Source: an uncultured Candidatus Rokubacteria bacterium (lineage in GTDB: Bacteria; Methylomirabilota; Methylomirabilia; Rokubacteriales; CSP1-6). Taken from it: 64,000 nt of DNA. Below the pieces are notes generated by a model. It was not told the origin of the DNA. It ran no database searches and worked only from the letters and a program-made list of their open reading frames with translations. Of the stretch, positions 49,361 through 60,031 are shown piece after piece. Each line of letters starts with the position of its first letter. Position 1 is the stretch's first letter. A program made the position numbers and the translations under genes. The stretch spans positions 1 to 64,000 of the forward strand of contig CAWBMV010000016.1 of the NCBI GenBank assembly GCA_963789955.1, read 5' to 3'.

Positions 49361-49364
<4 letters not shown>

Positions 49365-49667
49365 GAGTGCTCGACGAGGTCGAGCCCCTCCAGAACCCGC
49401 GCGGTGTTCGACATGTCGCCGATGACACGGCGGGCCGGGAAGCGGGAGCTCCTTCACGCACGTCGGCGCCGCGATGATCTGCTCGGCGGACGCGCGCGCC
49501 GGTTGCTCGTAGAGGTTGACCACCTCGAGCTCGTACGCGCCGGCGAAATGCTCTTCGCAGATCGCCCGGATGTTCTCGACGGCCCGCGTCGAGCGCGCGG
49601 TCATGCCGGCGACGAACAGTCGCAGCACGTACGCTCGCTGCGAACCCTGCGGGCCGTGGGATTCCAA
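49361..49667 (-). CDS. kaiB: KaiB family protein (copy 2, indel)
   Basis: YVLRLFVAGMTARS..AVENIRAICEE...IIAAPT...P.RRVIGDMS. Confidence 0.88.
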
Positions 49668-49670
49668 CGC

Positions 49671-50002
49671 TCAGCGCGCCGGTCGGACATCCAGCCCGAC
49701 GAGGACACGGTCGGTATTCGAGAGATCTCCGATGATCTTGCGCACCGGCTCGGGCAGAAGCCGGACGAGCGTCGGCACCGCGAGGATCTGATCTCCCGCC
49801 GCCAGCTGCGGGTTCTGAATCAGGTCGATGACCTCGATCCGGTATCGGCCCTTGAGGTGCTCCTCGCAGATCCGCTTGAGATTGGCGAACGCCTTGACCG
49901 AGCGAGGCGTCTGCCCGGCGATGTACAGCCGCAAGATCTGCTCGATCGGACGGGCGCAGACGTCGGCGACGGTCCGCTCGGACGAATTTCCGTCATCTCC
50001 AT
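49671..50002 (-). CDS. kaiB: KaiB family protein (copy 1)
   Basis: [23 protein letters not shown]...[23 protein letters not shown]. Confidence 0.92.
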
Positions 50003-50079
50003 GACTTCACCGTATACTTACCGGTCCTCAGCTACGCCATCGTCGTCACGTTCGCGCCGCGTTCCCACACCGCGTTCGT

Positions 50080-51778
50080 CACTTTGGATCCGTTGTCGCT
50101 CATGTCGGCCGCCGGCTCTCGGCAATGTCCTGACGCTCGTCGCTCAAGCGCGTCGACCCGTGTTCATCTGCTCATCGATCCCGGTGGCCAGATCGGCCTG
50201 CTCCGCCTCGAACTTGGCCCGCATGGATGCCAGCTCCGCCTCGAACGCGGCTCGCAGCCGGGCGAGCGTCCGCTCTTTGCGCTCGATCTCCTGCTGCTGC
50301 GCGAGCTCGGCCGCTCGCTCCTGGGCTTCCTGACGTCAAGCGCGCGGAGCCCGTGAGCACGCCGCCGGCGCCGGCGTAGACGTCGACGAGCTCGATACCA
50401 TGGTCGGTCAGGAGAAACTCGCGGATCTGATTGGAGTGACCCATCCCGCGCGACTTGAGCACGTAGAGGCCGCGATTTCTCTCGCCGCTCGACTCGAGCG
50501 TGACCAGCAGGAGCCAGGTGTCGACGATCGACGAGATCTCCGCGTCCGTCTGCTCGAGCTCGGTCTTCCCGTGGGAGAGGCTGGTCATGAGCGCGGTGAT
50601 GCCCTGCGTCTTGAGGTGGTCCACGAGCCGGGTCAAGCGTCGACCGGACGTCTGCCGTCGCCGCCACCGACAGCAAGCTGCTCACCGGGTCGAGGATCAC
50701 CACATCCGGATGGAATCGCTCGATCGCCCGGTACATCTGCGACAGGTGCATCTCGAGCCCGTGCAGCGCGGGACGAGACGCGTGGTACTCCAGAAGACCA
50801 CGGTCGATCCACGGCTGCAGGTCGAGGCCGATCGACCGCATGTTACGGACCACCTGCTGCGGCGATTCCTCGAACAAGAACACCAGGCAGCGTTCTCCGC
50901 GCCGGCAGGCCGCGTCGACGAAGTGGGCGCCCAGGCTGCTCTTGCCGGCGCCGGCGGTGCCGGACACGAGGATCGTGCTGCCCCGGAAGTAGCCTCGGCC
51001 TCCGAGCATCGTGTCGAGCCGGGCGACACCGCTCGAGACGCGCTCGGACGACGCGGCATGACTGAGACCCATCGAGGTGATCGGCAGCACCGCCATCCCG
51101 TCCTCGTCGATGAGGAACGGGTACTCGTTGGTCCCGTGGGACGAGCCGCGGTACTTCACGATGCGAAGGCGCCGCGTGGAGACCTGCTCGGTCACCCGGT
51201 GGTCGAGCAGGATCACCGCGTCCGACACGTATTCTTCGAGGCCCTGTCGCGTGAGGGCGCCGTCGCCTCGCTCGCCGGTGATCACCGCCGTCACGCCCTT
51301 GTCCTTGAGCCAGCGGAACAGGCGGCGCAGCTCGGCCCGTAGAATCGACTCGTTGGCGAGGCCCGAGAAGAGCGATTCGACCGTGTCGAGCACGACGCGG
51401 CGGGCTCCGATGGAGTCGATGGCGAAGCCGAGCCGGACGAAGAGTCCCTCGAGATCGTAGTCACCGGTCTCCTCGATCTCGCTGCGCTCGACCCTGACGT
51501 GGTCGAGCACGATCTTCTTCTTCTCGATCAGCGCCGGAAGGTCGTAGCCGAGCGAGGCGACGTTCTTGGCGAGCTCGTCGTTGCTCTCCTCGAAGCTCAT
51601 GAACACGCCGGGCTCGTCGAACCTGGTCGCGCCGTTGACGAGGAAGCTCATGGCGAAGAGGGTTTTGCCGCAGCCGGCCGAGCCGCAGATCAGGGTGGGC
51701 CGGCCGGTCGGCAGGCCTCCTCCCGTGATCTGATCGAAGCCTTCGATACCGGTGGGCGATTTGGGTAGACGCGGTCAC
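50080..51778 (-). CDS. kaiC: KaiC double-ATPase (indels; 3' end approximate)
   Basis: PTGIEGFD, GSAGCGKT, EEYVSD, KYRGSSH; second P-loop GTAGAGKS, ISSIVDTW, KSRGMGHSNQIREF; C-terminal coiled coil. Confidence 0.93.
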
Positions 51779-51830
51779 GATGCGCAAATCATGCCCAGAG
51801 GACTCTGTCAGACGCCATCAGGTGTTCACC

Positions 51831-53063
51831 TCATGAGCGGGCCTCCGCGATGACCTTCTGCGCCATCGGGGTGCCCTGCAGGTGGAAGAACGCGAGCATG
51901 TTGCCCGCCGCGATCTTGAACGCTTCGCCGGCCGGCACACCCGCGAACAGCCGCTCGGCGAACGGCCGCGTGTTCGGCCAGTCGCATTCGATGTGCGGGA
52001 AGTCCGTGGCGAACATGATGCGGTCCACGCCCATGTGGTGACGCAGCTCGACGGCCACCCGCTCCACGTGCTGGACGCTGAAGAAGATGTGCTCGCGAAC
52101 GTAGTCGCTCGGCCGCTGCTTGAGCGGCTTGAAGTTCAGCAGGCGCGCGGCCCAGTGGCGGTGCCGCTCGTACCAGTAGTCGGCTTCCTCCATCCAGAAC
52201 GGCACCCAGCCCAGGCGTGTCTCGGCGAAGAAGATCTTGAGGTCGGGGAGGCGATCGAACACACCGGACAGGATGAGCTGGGCGAAGCTCATCGACGGCG
52301 CGATCCCGAGGAACGGCAGCGCCACCCACTCGACGAGCTTTCGCGGCCCGAGCTTGGCCAGCATCGCGGGATCGGCGCCGGGATACTCGAAGGTGGGCTG
52401 AGACGCGCGCGGTCCGAGACGGTCGAAGCCGACGTGGACCGTGAGCGGCATCTTCATGTCGATCGCCGCGGCCCAGAAGCGATCGTCCGCGGGAGTCGGA
52501 TACGCCTTGCCGCTCGGGAACACGCCGAGGTTGACGCCTTTGAGGCCGAGCTTCGCGCAGTGCTCGAGCTCGGCGATGGCGTCGTCGACGTTGGTCCACG
52601 GGATCACGCCGAGCCCGATGAGGCGATCGCGCGACACCGCGCAGTACTCCTCGCCGAGCCAGTCGTTGTACGCGCGCACCGTCGCGCGATAGACGTCGTC
52701 GTCCGTCAGCGTGCGCCAGAGCCGCGGGCCCACCTGCATGTTGGGGAAGAGCACCTCGGCGTGCAGCGCGTCCATGTCCTGCTCGCGCAGGCGCTGCTCG
52801 GGCGGGCCGACGCCGGCCGTGTCGTCGACGGTCACGCCGATCGGCTCCCAGGTCTCGTTGGTCCGCCCGGCCCTGAGATCGAGGAACGGCGCGGGATAGG
52901 GCGGCTGGCCCTCGACGAGGATCGCGTCGCCGCCGTCGGGGAGCTTGATCGTCCGCGGCGCCTTCTCACGAAGCTTCGCGGGCATGTGCGGCGTCCACCG
53001 CTCCGGGCGGACTTCCAGGTGACCGTCGCTCGAGATCAGGGGCGGAAGACCGGAGGTGGTCAT
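51831..53063 (-). CDS. Amidohydrolase_2 family protein
   Basis: ISSDGH, AYNDWL, LTVH, FATDFPH. Confidence 0.87.
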   Translation of the reverse strand: MTTSGLPPLISSDGHLEVRPERWTPHMPAKLREKAPRTIKLPDGGDAILVEGQPPYPAPFLDLRAGRTNETWEPIGVTVDDTAGVGPPEQRLREQDMDALHAEVLFPNMQVGPRLWRTLTDDDVYRATVRAYNDWLGEEYCAVSRDRLIGLGVIPWTNVDDAIAELEHCAKLGLKGVNLGVFPSGKAYPTPADDRFWAAAIDMKMPLTVHVGFDRLGPRASQPTFEYPGADPAMLAKLGPRKLVEWVALPFLGIAPSMSFAQLILSGVFDRLPDLKIFFAETRLGWVPFWMEEADYWYERHRHWAARLLNFKPLKQRPSDYVREHIFFSVQHVERVAVELRHHMGVDRIMFATDFPHIECDWPNTRPFAERLFAGVPAGEAFKIAAGNMLAFFHLQGTPMAQKVIAEARS

Positions 53064-53131
53064 GGCGGCTCTCCTTTTCTCCGGGCGCGATGGTACCATC
53101 GGCCGCGGATACGATGTGAAGGGAGGCCGCT

Positions 53132-54197
53132 ATGGGCGCGATCCTGGGTCTCGGCGTCACCCACTACCCGCCACTCGCGCGGACAGGACGAGCACATGGC
53201 ACGCATCCTCAAGCGCGTCATGCAGGATCCCGATCTTCCCGAGCGCTACCGCCGCCCGAAGGCTGGCCGGAGCCGATGCGACAGCGAGTACGGCGCCGAT
53301 CAGGGGCTGAGCGCGGCGCAAGCGCCACCGCGAGGCGCTCGTCGCCGGATTCCGCGACGCGCGACGGCGGCTCGACGAGTTCGCGCCGGACGTCGTCCTG
53401 GTCTGGGGCGACGACCAGTACGAGAACTTCAAGGAAGACATCATCCCGCCCTTCTGCGTGCTGGCCTACGAGTCGATCGAGCACCGGCCGTGGGCGGAGG
53501 CACGCTGGCAGAAGGCGAAGAACGCGTGGGACGAGTCGAGCGACGCGACGTTCGTCTACAAGGGGCATCGCGCCGCCGCCAAATCGCTCGTGACGGGGCT
53601 GCTCGACGCGGGTCTCGACGTGTCCTACGCGTACCGGCCGCTCCATCATCCGCTCGGCCACGCCTTCATGAACACGCTGCTGTATCTCGACTACGACCGG
53701 CAGGGCTTCCCCTACCCGGTCGTGCCGTTCTCGATCAACTGCTACGGCCGCAAGGTCATCTCGCAGCAGGGCGGCGTGTCGAGCTTCGCCGATCTGCCGA
53801 CCGAGGCGCAGCTCGACCCGCCGTCGCCGGCGCCCTGGCGCTGCTTCGATCTCGGTCGCGCCACCGCGCGCGTGATGGCCGCAGAGCCCGTGGCGCGTGG
53901 CGCTGGTCGCGTCGTCGAGCTGGTCGCACGCGTTCCTGACGCCGAAGAACCACCTGCTCGTATCCGGACGTCGACGGCCGATCGCGCGCTCTACGAGACG
54001 CTGCGGTCCGGCGACTACGAGGCCTGGCGCAAGACGCCGCTGGCGAGCATCGAGGAGAGCGGCCAGCAGGAGATGCTGAACTGGATGTGCCTGGCCGGCG
54101 CGATGGCGGAGCTCGACCGGCGGCCCGACGCTCGACCAAGTTCATCGAGACCTACATCTTCAACTCGAGCAAGTGCTTCGCGTCGTTCCCGGCCTGA
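53132..54197 (+). CDS. LigB-like (class III) extradiol ring-cleavage dioxygenase (indels)
   Basis: GLGVTHYP, WGDDQYENF, LGHAF, ASSSWSH, GQQEMLNW, FNSSK. Confidence 0.78.
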
Positions 54198-54216
54198 CGG
54201 CCGGGAACGCGCGCGA

Positions 54217-55382
54217 TCACTTGCGGGTCGCGAAGTGCGGCTTGACCTCTTTCGCGAACCAGGCGAGCTGCTCCAGCATCACGCTCTGCGGCGTGCCCAT
54301 GCTGTTGCTCACGTGGACGTACTCGAGGCCCGGGTACTTCTGCTCGAGCGATCTGAGGTGCGCCACGAACTCCTCGGGCGTTCCGGCGAACCACGCGCCG
54401 ACCTTCGTGTAGTCCTCGACGGTCGGCACGCCGGCGGCGCCCCAGCCGCCGCGCTTCATCGCCACGCGCGTTCTGCTCGGCGGTCATGCCGGGCACGAAG
54501 CCGAGCGGACCGAACATCTTCACGTGCTCCTCGTACCACGGGCGTGATCTCGCGCACCGCGCGCTCGCGCGACTCGGCCAGGTGGAAGAAGATGCCGAGG
54601 CTCAGCCCCTCGCCGAGCTTGTAGTTCGACGACCGGCGCGCTCCGACGCCTCCTGATAGGCGTGGATCGAGCTGCTCGGCCATCGTCGCGGCGCCGCCGC
54701 CGATCAGGCCCTTGATGCGGTGTTTCATCATGAAGTCGAGCCCGCGGGCGCTGGCGCTCACGACGGGCTGCCAGCACTCGACGGGCTGCCGCAGCGGGCG
54801 CGGCACGAGCGTCAGATCGCGGAGCTCGTACCCGCGGTACGGGACGGCCGGCGGCAGCGTGTAGTGCTGGCCCCGATGCGTGAACCGCTCGGAGTGGAAC
54901 GACTTCATGAGGATGTCGACCTGCTCCTCGAAGAGCGCGCGGTTCGCCTCGGCGTCGAGCATCGGGCTGCCGAACGTCTCGACCTCCCGGCTGTGATACC
55001 CGCGGCCCACGCCGAACACCACGCGGCCGCCCGTGAGGATATCCGCGGTCGCGAAGTCCTCCGCGAGCCGCAGCGGATGCCACATCGGCGTGATGTTGAA
55101 GCCGCAGCCGATGCGAAGCCGCGTCGTGAGATGCGCCAGGTGGACGGCCACCATCATGATGTTCGGGATGCACTCGTAGCCCTCGTGCTGGAAGTGGTGC
55201 TCGGCCAGCCAGAGGATGCTGTATTCGTGCTCGTCCATGCACCGCGCGATGGCCTCGGTCTTGTCGAACACCGACGCCAGATGCTCGTTCGAGTACCGCC
55301 GCTCGTTGGCCGGCGTGGCCATCTGGCCCATGTCCCCCAGATCCACGTGCCCGGCATACACCGTCGAGAACTTGCTGATCAT
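54217..55382 (-). CDS. LLM-class flavin-dependent oxidoreductase (indels)
   Basis: WLAEHHF, WHPLRLAEDFA, GVGRGY, GTPEE. Confidence 0.88.
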
Positions 55383-55445
55383 CTCTCCCCCTCCGCGCGC
55401 GAGCCTATCAGCGGCGTCATTCCAACGTCAAACCCGGCGCCGTCA

Positions 55446-55611
55446 TTCCGGCGGGAGGCGGGTGGGGTGGCGGTGGGGGTCGTGCGACCACGCGGCACGC
55501 GTTCGCTGCTCCGGGGCGGCTGGGCTCCATCCCGGCGCGCCACTTCCGCCGCCGCTTGGAGGGAACGAGTCGCACGACCCCCGCCGCCACCCCACCCGCC
55601 TCCCGCCGGAA
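55446..55611 (+). repeat. Structured repeat family A, copy 2
   Basis: About 40-bp near-perfect terminal inverted repeats enclosing the conserved core. Confidence 0.9.
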
Positions 55612-55726
55612 CGTCTGCATCAGGCAGGACGCGTGAACCGCGATCATCCCTGCGCACCGAGGCCGAGCAGTGGTCGAGCTGGTCCTAGGCTCGGGCGCGA
55701 TGCTCGCGCACATCCTGACCGCTGAG

Positions 55727-55894
55727 GCGCCGGGCGGGTGGCGGAGGTGGCGGGTGGGGGTCTCGGGACCCGTTCCCTCCAGGGGGGCAACGGACACTGC
55801 CGCGCCCAGATGGAGCCCAGCCGCACAGGCCACGCGAACGCGTGCCGCGTGGTCCCGAGACCCCCACCCGCCACCTCCGCCACCCGCCCGGCGT
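55727..55894 (-). repeat. Structured repeat family A, copy 3 (inverted)
   Basis: Reverse complement carries the same core blocks; about 43-bp terminal inverted repeats. Confidence 0.9.
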
Positions 55895-55940
55895 CGCAAA
55901 GCGAGTAGGATGGGCGCAGTGCGCCTAACGTCCCGGCCGA

Positions 55941-57130
55941 TGATGAAGCTGTGGCGACATCACGGCGTACGCTGTCTCGGCTTCTGCGTCTTCTTCCATT
56001 CGATCGGCATGGTCGGCGAGCAGGTCGTCCTCGGCTGGTACATCCTCGAGATCACCGACTCGGCGTTCATGGTGGGCCTGGCGCTGGGCGTGCGGAACTT
56101 GCCGCTGCTGTTCGCCGGCATTCCGGCGGGTGTCGTCGCCGATCGCGGCGACCGGGTGAAACTGCTCCAGATCTCCGGCGTCACGATGGCGGCGGGTTCC
56201 GCGCTGATGGGCGCGCTCGTCGCGGCGAAGCTCGGCGGAGTCGGGCCGGCGTTGATGCTGACCTTCGCCACGGGGTGTGCGCGCGCCCTTCATCAGACCG
56301 CGCGCCAGGGCTATGCGCACGATACCGCCGGGGGCGGCGGCGTGGTCCACGCGCTCGCGCTCGTCGCCCTCACCTCGCGGCTGGGCGGCCTGCTCGGCTC
56401 GCTCATGGCGGGTGTCATGATCGCGCGCCTCGGCTCCGCGACGGCCTTCCTGATGGTCGCGGCCAGCTATCTCGTGAGCGCTCTCGCCATGCTGCCGGCG
56501 CGATCGAGCGGCCGCCCGAGCGAGGCCGCCGAGAGCTCGGTGCGCGACGACGTGTTCGGCTTTCTCGGGACGATCCGGCACGATCGCGTGCTCCTGCACC
56601 TCATGAGCCTGACGGCGATCGCGGAGGTGCTGGGCTTCTCGCATCAAGCGCTGCTGCCGAGTCTCGCCCGCGACGTGCTCCAGGTGGGACCGGAAGGGCT
56701 CGGCGTGATGACGGCCGCGCGGCAGGTCGGCGGGCTGGCCGGGATCGCGTTCACCTCCGGGCTCGGCGGTGCGCGCTACGGGCCGCTCTTCCTCTCGGTG
56801 ATCGTCGGCTTCGGCGCCTCGCTCGTGGCGCTCGGGTTCGCGCCGAGCTTCACGGTGGTCTTGCTGATCCTGGTCGGCGCCAACGCGCTCGGCGCGGTGA
56901 CGGACGTGCTGGCGCAGACGTTGATCCAGCTCGCGGTGCCGAGCGGGCTTCGCGGCCGCGCGGGCGGGGCATGGGTGGTGTCGATCGGGATGGCGCCGCT
57001 CGGGCAGTTCCAGGTGGGAGCACTCGCGTCGCTCTTCGGCGTCAGCGCCGCGCTCGGGGTGAACGGCGTCGCGCTGATGGCGGTCGGTGCCGCCGCGGCG
57101 CTGCTGGTGCCGAGGCTTCGCCGACTCTGA
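55941..57130 (+). CDS. MFS transporter
   Basis: About 12 hydrophobic segments; GVVADRGDR motif A; VPSGLRGR. Confidence 0.85.
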
Positions 57131-57918
57131 TGGCGGCGTCTCTCGAGCGCCGGGTGGCGATCGACGCCGCGCGCGCCGCCGGCGACATCTTAAAGATGCA
57201 GTTTCGCGCGGCGCATCGCATCGCGTTCAAGGGCCAGACGATCAATCTCGTCACCGAGATGGACGAGCGCGCCGAGGAGCTGATCGTCGGCCGGCTCGCG
57301 TCGGCGTTTCCCGACGACGCGATCCTCGCCGAGGAGCGCGGCGCGGCGCGCGGACGCTCGGGGCGGCGCTGGATCGTCGATCCGCTCGACGGCACGACGA
57401 ACTACGCGCACGGGCTGCCGGTCTACGCGGTGTCGATCGCGCTCGAGGTCGATCGGCGGATCGCGCTCGGCGTCGCCTACGATCCGAGCGCCGACGAGCT
57501 CTACGTCGCCGAGCGCGGGCGCGGCGCGACCGTGAACGATGCGCCGCTCGCGGTATCGACGACGCCGACCCTCGAGGCGAGTCTGCTGACGACGGGCTTT
57601 CCCTACAACATTCGCGAGACGCCGGACACGAACCTGAAGGAATACGCCGCGTTCGCGCTCCGCTGTCGCGGCGTGCGCAGACTCGGCTCCGCCGTCCTCG
57701 ACCTCGCGTGGGTCGCCGCCGGCCGGCTCGACGGCTTCTGGGAGCTCCGCCTCGGGCCGTGGGACGTGGCCGCGGCCAGCCTCTTCGTCGAAGAGGCCGG
57801 CGGGCGAATCACGAATCTGGTGGGAGGAGCTGTCGACGTCGACGCGCCCGCGGTGGTCGCGAGCAACGGGCGCATCCAGGACGAGATGCTGGCGGTGCTG
57901 AGAGGGGTCCGAGCCTAG
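57130..57918 (+). CDS. suhB: Inositol monophosphatase family protein
   Basis: LVTEMD, AEE, WIVDPLDGTTNY, GSA.LD, PWDVAA. Confidence 0.88.
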   Translation: MAASLERRVAIDAARAAGDILKMQFRAAHRIAFKGQTINLVTEMDERAEELIVGRLASAFPDDAILAEERGAARGRSGRRWIVDPLDGTTNYAHGLPVYAVSIALEVDRRIALGVAYDPSADELYVAERGRGATVNDAPLAVSTTPTLEASLLTTGFPYNIRETPDTNLKEYAAFALRCRGVRRLGSAVLDLAWVAAGRLDGFWELRLGPWDVAAASLFVEEAGGRITNLVGGAVDVDAPAVVASNGRIQDEMLAVLRGVRA

Positions 57919-58106
57919 TCGGTGACGCGGGGGCGAATCTCCAGACCGCCCAGCGGACCCGGCAGGCCGCGCAGGGTGATCTGCACCGAAGACCGTGAGT
58001 CCGGCTGGCCCTCGACGATCACGTCGACGTCGACGGCTTCGGCCGCGCTCAGGACTTCTCCGAGCCACGCCAACAGCTGGTCAGACCCGAACGGTGTGCG
58101 TGTCAT
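57915..58106 (-). CDS. Small hypothetical protein
   Basis: SD GGGGAG before ATG; 63 aa. Confidence 0.4.
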   Translation of the reverse strand: MTRTPFGSDQLLAWLGEVLSAAEAVDVDVIVEGQPDSRSSVQITLRGLPGPLGGLEIRPRVTD

Positions 58107-58168
58107 GCTCTCCCCCGATTTTCTGTGAACGGCGGGAACTGTCATATAATGCCGCCGGTTGCACTGCC

Positions 58169-58723
58169 ATGAAGTCCGCGTCTTCTGACTCGGCGCTCGA
58201 GCATCAAGGCCACGACGAGAGGTTCGCGCCGCTCTGGTACGTGCTGCGGACGCGCTCGCGTCACGAAAAGACGGTGCGCGATCAGCTCGTGCGCCGAGAG
58301 GTCGAGACTTTTCTGCCCATCGCCGAGCGCTGGAGCCGCTGGAAGGATCGGCGCAAGAAAGTCGCCTTCCCACTTTTTCCCGGCTACTGCTTCGCGCGTT
58401 TCTCGCTCGTCGACCGCCTCCGGGTCCTGAACGTCGTCGGGGTCGCCGATCTCGTCGGGATCAGCGGCCGGCCCGAGCCCGTCCCGGACGCCGAGATCGA
58501 AGCGATTCAACGTCTGGCGAGCACGACCTTGCAGTACGATCCGCACCCGTTCCTGGCCGAAGGCATGGACGTCGAGGTCGTGCGCGGCCCCCTCGCCGGC
58601 GTCCGCGGCAAGCTCCTGCGCAAGGACCGTGTGACGCGGCTGGTGCTCTCCGTCACGCTCATCCGCCAGGCCGCGGTCGTCGAAATCCATCCGGCTGACG
58701 TCGTTCACGTAAGCGGCCCCTAG
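58169..58723 (+). CDS. NusG paralog, UpxY-like transcription antiterminator
   Basis: WYVLRTRSRHEK, WSRWKDRRK...PLFPGYCF, KOW VVRGPLAGVRG; TATAAT at 58145-58150. Confidence 0.87.
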   Translation: MKSASSDSALEHQGHDERFAPLWYVLRTRSRHEKTVRDQLVRREVETFLPIAERWSRWKDRRKKVAFPLFPGYCFARFSLVDRLRVLNVVGVADLVGISGRPEPVPDAEIEAIQRLASTTLQYDPHPFLAEGMDVEVVRGPLAGVRGKLLRKDRVTRLVLSVTLIRQAAVVEIHPADVVHVSGP

Positions 58724-59501
58724 TTCCGGAGCAACGCTCGCGCCTGGCGGGCCGCGGCACTCTGGGGATGCTCGCGGACCACTCGCTCCCACGATCGCTT
58801 CGCTCGCGCGCCGTCACCCAGGTCCTTCTGACATAGACCGATCTTCAGCAGCGCGTCGGGCACTTTCTCGCCGCGCGGCACCGCGGCGACGAGCGCCTCG
58901 AACTCGGCCAGCGCGCCGCGCCAGTCCTTCTGCTTGTAGTAGATGTCGGCCACCAGGAACTGCGCGCTCTCGCGCAGCGGGCTGTCCGGATACGTCGCGA
59001 TGAGGTCGTAGAACGTGAGGATCGCCGCGTCGTCGGCCTTGGCGCGCAGCTGATCGACCCCTCGCCGGTAGAGGTCGGCCGCCGGCGTCGTGGTCGCCGA
59101 GCCGAGCAGCGGCGGCGCTGCGGGCGGCGCCGGGGCGGTGCGGCGCGCTCGGCGCGAACCCGCTCGGCGCGGCCGGCAGGCGACCGCGATTCGGCGACTC
59201 CGAGCTCTTCCACGCGACGACGCAAGTACGTCAGCTGATCATCCTGCTGTCGCGAGGCCGCGATGAGCTTGGCGACGGCGTTCTGGAGCTCGGCGAGCTC
59301 GCTGGCGATGCGCGCGACCTGCTCGTTGGAGCGATTCGGGTCGGCGGCGGCTCCCGACGGCTGGTTCGCGCCGGCGGCGGGTCGCGGCGAGTCGGCCGTC
59401 GCCGGCTGCTTGCCCACCTCGGCGCAGCCGGCAAGCATGAGCGCGACCATCGCGGCACCGAGAAGCGTGCCGAAGCGGAGCGCCGGGGTCGCGGTAGTCA
59501 C
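58720..59501 (-). CDS. cpoB: CpoB/YbgF-like TPR lipoprotein (indels)
   Basis: Lipobox LAGC, coiled coil, YPDSPL...AQF, KVPDALLKIG, HPQSAAA. Confidence 0.75.
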
Positions 59502-60031
59502 GGGCTGTTCGCCGTCGTCACGGACACGAACGCGAGCGGCCATTGAGCGTGCGCCCGCACCTGGAGCGTCACGGTCGTCTCGCGGCTCAGCGGCACGTCG
59601 ACGAGCCAGAGCCAGCCCTCCGGCACGTTCAACGACGGATAGCTCCGCACGATCTCGCCGCGCGCGAACACATACTGGGCCTGCCCGGCGGCGCGCGTGT
59701 GCACGCGCTCCCCGAGGACCAGGGTCCCTCCGTTCGTGACGCAGAAGAGATAGTCGATCTCCTCTGCCGGAGAAGTCCGGATCACCCGAACGGGCGCCGT
59801 GCGTCGCGTGGACTTTCCGGCGATGCTCGTGGAGATCTGCTCGAGCGTCGAATACGCGACGGGCGCCTCGCGCATGGCGAAGAGCTCGTTGCCCTGGCTC
59901 TGGACGCGGATCATCGATTGATCCAGGGCCGCCACCGGCCGCGACTGAGGCTCTACGCGCGCGGCGACGATCAGGAGCGAGGCGACGGCGGCGAGCGTCA
60001 CCACGGCCTGGAGCGCGGACCCGCGCGTCAT
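59498..60031 (-). CDS. Hypothetical exported protein
   Basis: N-terminal hydrophobic segment; overlaps both neighbours by 4 bp. Confidence 0.6.
   Translation of the reverse strand: MTRGSALQAVVTLAAVASLLIVAARVEPQSRPVAALDQSMIRVQSQGNELFAMREAPVAYSTLEQISTSIAGKSTRRTAPVRVIRTSPAEEIDYLFCVTNGGTLVLGERVHTRAAGQAQYVFARGEIVRSYPSLNVPEGWLWLVDVPLSRETTVTLQVRAHAQWPLAFVSVTTANSP

Noticed and set aside
58100..58170. ops/JUMPstart element near the NusG paralog
   Set aside because: No GGCGGTAG match seen here
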